A DNA stretch of 63,179 bases, filler included, from Guillardia theta CCMP2712 (Eukaryota > Protista > Cryptophyta): the NCBI RefSeq assembly GCF_000315625.1. It is 5 parts of 5 records of this genome, joined end to end, with 100 filler letters (N's around TTAATTAATTAA, not from the genome) between each part and the next. Parts side by side here need not be neighbours in the genome. Positions count along the whole stretch, not along the records: positions 57,775 to 63,179 come from NW_005434193.1; 4 more parts are not named here. One strand, given 5' to 3'. A model generated the notes under the pieces. The model was not told the origin of the DNA, made no database searches, and was given only the letters and a program-made list of their open reading frames with translations. Below are positions 60,100-63,179 of the stretch, piece by piece. Every line of letters begins with the position of its first letter. Position 1 is the first letter of the stretch. The position numbers and the translations under genes are program-made.

Positions 60100-60966
60100 G
60101 CCGCCGCCTCCAGCTCCAGGCTGGGCGATCCCAAGTAATCATCGCCCTCATTCTTTTAACTCATCGCCCTCACGCCACTCTGCCTCACACCAAGAGTCTG
60201 ACCAAGGCTTGAAGAGTGCTGCCAAGAGTGCTTGCTCAAACAGCACTGAGAGTGTCCGGGCCTTTCGCCAAAGTCCGAGACCGGGGCCGTTAGATCTTTT
60301 TCAACGGCCTGACTGTGGGGGTGGAGTCCGAGCGACCTCATGGTTCACAGGCATGTCGGTCTATGGCCCTCCAGCCGGAGGGGCTAAAAGGGGGGGTACT
60401 TGGAGTGAAAACATGGGGTGGTGCGATGCACTGACGTGCTCGCGGATTGACTGTCACGTTACCATGGGCACCAGTGAACTGCTTTTACTACAGGAATATG
60501 GACGTTTGAGGATTGCCTTCAATGACCGGTAGTTTTGAACCAGATAGGGTGGGTGCATTGCCAGTGAAAGGTAAGCTGAAACCACTCATTTTCGTATATT
60601 CATTGAGTCAGAGGATCAGCAGCACGGGAACCCGGTGCCCGGATCGGATTTAAGAGTCGAAAAGTTGTCTTTTGAGTCTTAAGAGAGTCATCACGTGGTC
60701 GTCGAAACGATGCTCTTCTGAAAGTTAAGAAAGGATGCGCTTTTGCAGTGAAATAGCCCGAGCTCAGCCCTTACTTATTCTCCTCGTCCTCGTCCTCGCC
60801 TTCGCCCTCGTACACGCCCACATCCTCGTGCTCCTTCGAATTCACCGTTCTCAGTGCCTTTCTAATCACCTCTGACCGCCTCCCTCCTCATTTACATCCT
60901 CCTTTCACAACCTCTCCACTCCCTTTCGACAGCGCTTTCCTAACATCTGAACAATCGTATCTTGCC

Positions 60967-61452
60967 ATGACGAACGAAGATATCATCGTATGCTCCTGCA
61001 ATTGCTCCTCCCCCACTTGCTGTGATCCAGCACCAAGAAACGTCTTTGAAGACTTCTTCGGATCAAACGCTATCATCGCAACTGTCTCGACCCGCTCTAA
61101 TCTCATCGTGGAATACAACTTCTGTGCCTACGGAGCAAGCCAGCGCAAGTGCATGGATGACTTTGAGAGCATGGGATACATGACAGCACTCCCTACCGTT
61201 GATACCAGCAAGACATGCGAAAAGGAGCGTGAATGTTGCTGCTGCATCGTCAGCACAAGCAAAGGCGCTGCTCCACAAAAGGTGGTCTGCGAATGGAACG
61301 GACCTGGTCAGCATGAGCAGAAACATGAAGAGAAGAAGATCTGCCTCGTCGGTCAGTCTGGTCTGGCCCCCGTCCGCAGGCCAAGCATCCCCGGAGTGAG
61401 GAGGATCAGGTGGGGTAGCTGGGGCGACTTGGTTCTAGACTTTGAGATTTGA
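60967..61452 (+). CDS. Hypothetical Cys-rich protein (161 aa)
   Basis: ATG-initiated ORF with host-like codon usage; no family recognised. Confidence 0.45.
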   Translation: MTNEDIIVCSCNCSSPTCCDPAPRNVFEDFFGSNAIIATVSTRSNLIVEYNFCAYGASQRKCMDDFESMGYMTALPTVDTSKTCEKERECCCCIVSTSKGAAPQKVVCEWNGPGQHEQKHEEKKICLVGQSGLAPVRRPSIPGVRRIRWGSWGDLVLDFEI

Positions 61453-62251
61453 GAAAGGAACTGTATTAAGTCACGACAATTATCATATGTAGATAACCTG
61501 AATGTAAACGAGTAACTTCAATGTTCCTGAACTTCAACACAAGTCTCATTCGTTCCATCGTCCGTCAGCTACCTGTGAACGCACGCGGCAGGCAGAATCA
61601 TGACAACCGAGCCCGACGGCCTGTGACGAGTCAACGGCCTCGGCGAAGCAAACCCTCCGAGTCCGATCAGATCACGGTATGTCTTTTCACTCCATGACTG
61701 TGATCACCGTACCAGCCAGGTCCGCAATAATACCGTACAGTGAATGTGACAACTTGACACGCCAGGAAAGAAGAGGGAAGGCAACCTTGAAGTTTTACAA
61801 ACCTACGAGCTACTTCCCGCCTCTGTCCTCCACAGAGTCTCCGCTCGCCTCGTACTAGCTTGCTCTCCCGTCAGTCTCCCGTCTAGGCTTGAATTCCTAC
61901 ATTGAACCTCCCCGTAATCCCACTGGCTCAAGACATCTGAATGGGCGTCAGAGCATGCAAGAAGCATCCCAAACGGTTTCACGGGAAGCGTTGGAAGCGT
62001 TCTCCTCCCCTTGCTGCAGCCTCCCATCGAGCGAGAGCGTGATCGGAAATTACGGCTGCGAATGATTTCGTGACGAAAACAGGGTAAGGAGGCGAGCACG
62101 GGTGTGCGCAGGAGAATGGGGGTAAGGCATGGAAGGGACACGGGGAGGGGATCTGGCAGAGTGACTGAGGATGGGGAGATGGAGGATGGGATGGAAGATG
62201 CAGAGGACAGCGATGGCGGCGAGGTTGATGACAGAATCAGGCAAACAGTGA

Positions 62252-62668
62252 ATGACAATACAGTGGAAGGACGAGAGCAGCTTACTCCCTACCAGTTTCA
62301 AATGGGTCAAGGCGAATACAAGAGCAATTTGTACACAATGGCATTTCGGAAACAGGGGGAATGGATATCCTGCTTACCAAACCTTGAAGCCTCGCCATTT
62401 CCACACCAAGGATCAGAAGAAGAGATTCAGTGACTTGCGGTTTCTTGTGAGGGAAATAGAAATAGAAGCCAGAGAACTAGGGGTGTATGTGGAGCAACCG
62501 GACGGGGTAGACGAAGCAGGGTTTATGTATGATCAGTGTGAAAACTCTCTTATGGAAATATACAAGGACGCAAGAGGAGAATGGGACGCGACGCCAAGGT
62601 TTGGCCATTTGTCGTGGATGACGGTGGTGGACTTGCTTAGGAAGAGCGGGGAAGGGCGAAAAGTGTAG
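62252..62668 (+). pseudogene. Crypton-like (Ndc10/GCR1_C-related) C-terminal domain fragment
   Basis: LPTSFKW...QWHFGN..GYPAYQTL...KKRFSDLRFLVREIE...LSWMTVVDLLRK resembles C-termini of stramenopile Crypton-type proteins as I recall them. An in-frame stop directly upstream suggests a frameshifted relic. Confidence 0.45.
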
Positions 62669-62893
62669 AGATGTTTTGGTGTAATTACTAGTGTAATACA
62701 TTAATGCGCATCACAGAAGAGCTCGGTGAATGTTAGGTACAGACGGATTGGAATATTCGATGATATGCAGCATGGAATAAGAATGACTCCTTGTGACTTT
62801 TGTAATGTTGACCGGGATGGGATAATGGCACAACTGCGGGGTAAGGGGAGAAGATGCGTTTGTGATAGGGGTGCGGATGATGGTGGATTGTGC

Positions 62894-63179
<286 letters not shown>

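Overview
Eukaryotic genomic DNA, probably from a cryptophyte-type alga. This is an inference from short GT-AG introns, GAG/GCAGGA microsatellite introns and a bipartite signal+Phe plastid presequence. Four artificial 100-bp gaps (N44-TTAATTAATTAA-N44) split the window into five pieces whose adjacency is not guaranteed. Piece 1 (1-26633) is a GC-rich 332-bp satellite array, forward up to 18202 and inverted from 22849. It is interrupted by three related DNA transposons with CAT..ATG terminal inverted repeats (2445-8806, 10407-12802, 23839-26493); the first two have clean 2-bp target-site duplications. The first element looks intact: a spliced CMC/Transib(RAG1)-like DDE transposase, a convergent BAH-domain-like gene, and a captured CDC7 kinase fragment. 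Two further satellite-embedded islands carry intronless glycan-modification-type genes (GT61, SAM methyltransferase) and a Gypsy RNase H relic. The remaining pieces are host genes: a large IPT/TIG-repeat protein, a CHAT-protease plus about 32 hypervariable 43-aa ARM repeats, HHL1-like, pseudo-NDK/coiled-coil/PDZ, a tandem Venus-flytrap receptor with a RelA/SpoT-like cytosolic domain, GH99-like, and a Crypton-like relic before a terminal (GA)n tract. All domain calls come from motif recognition by eye; no searches were run.
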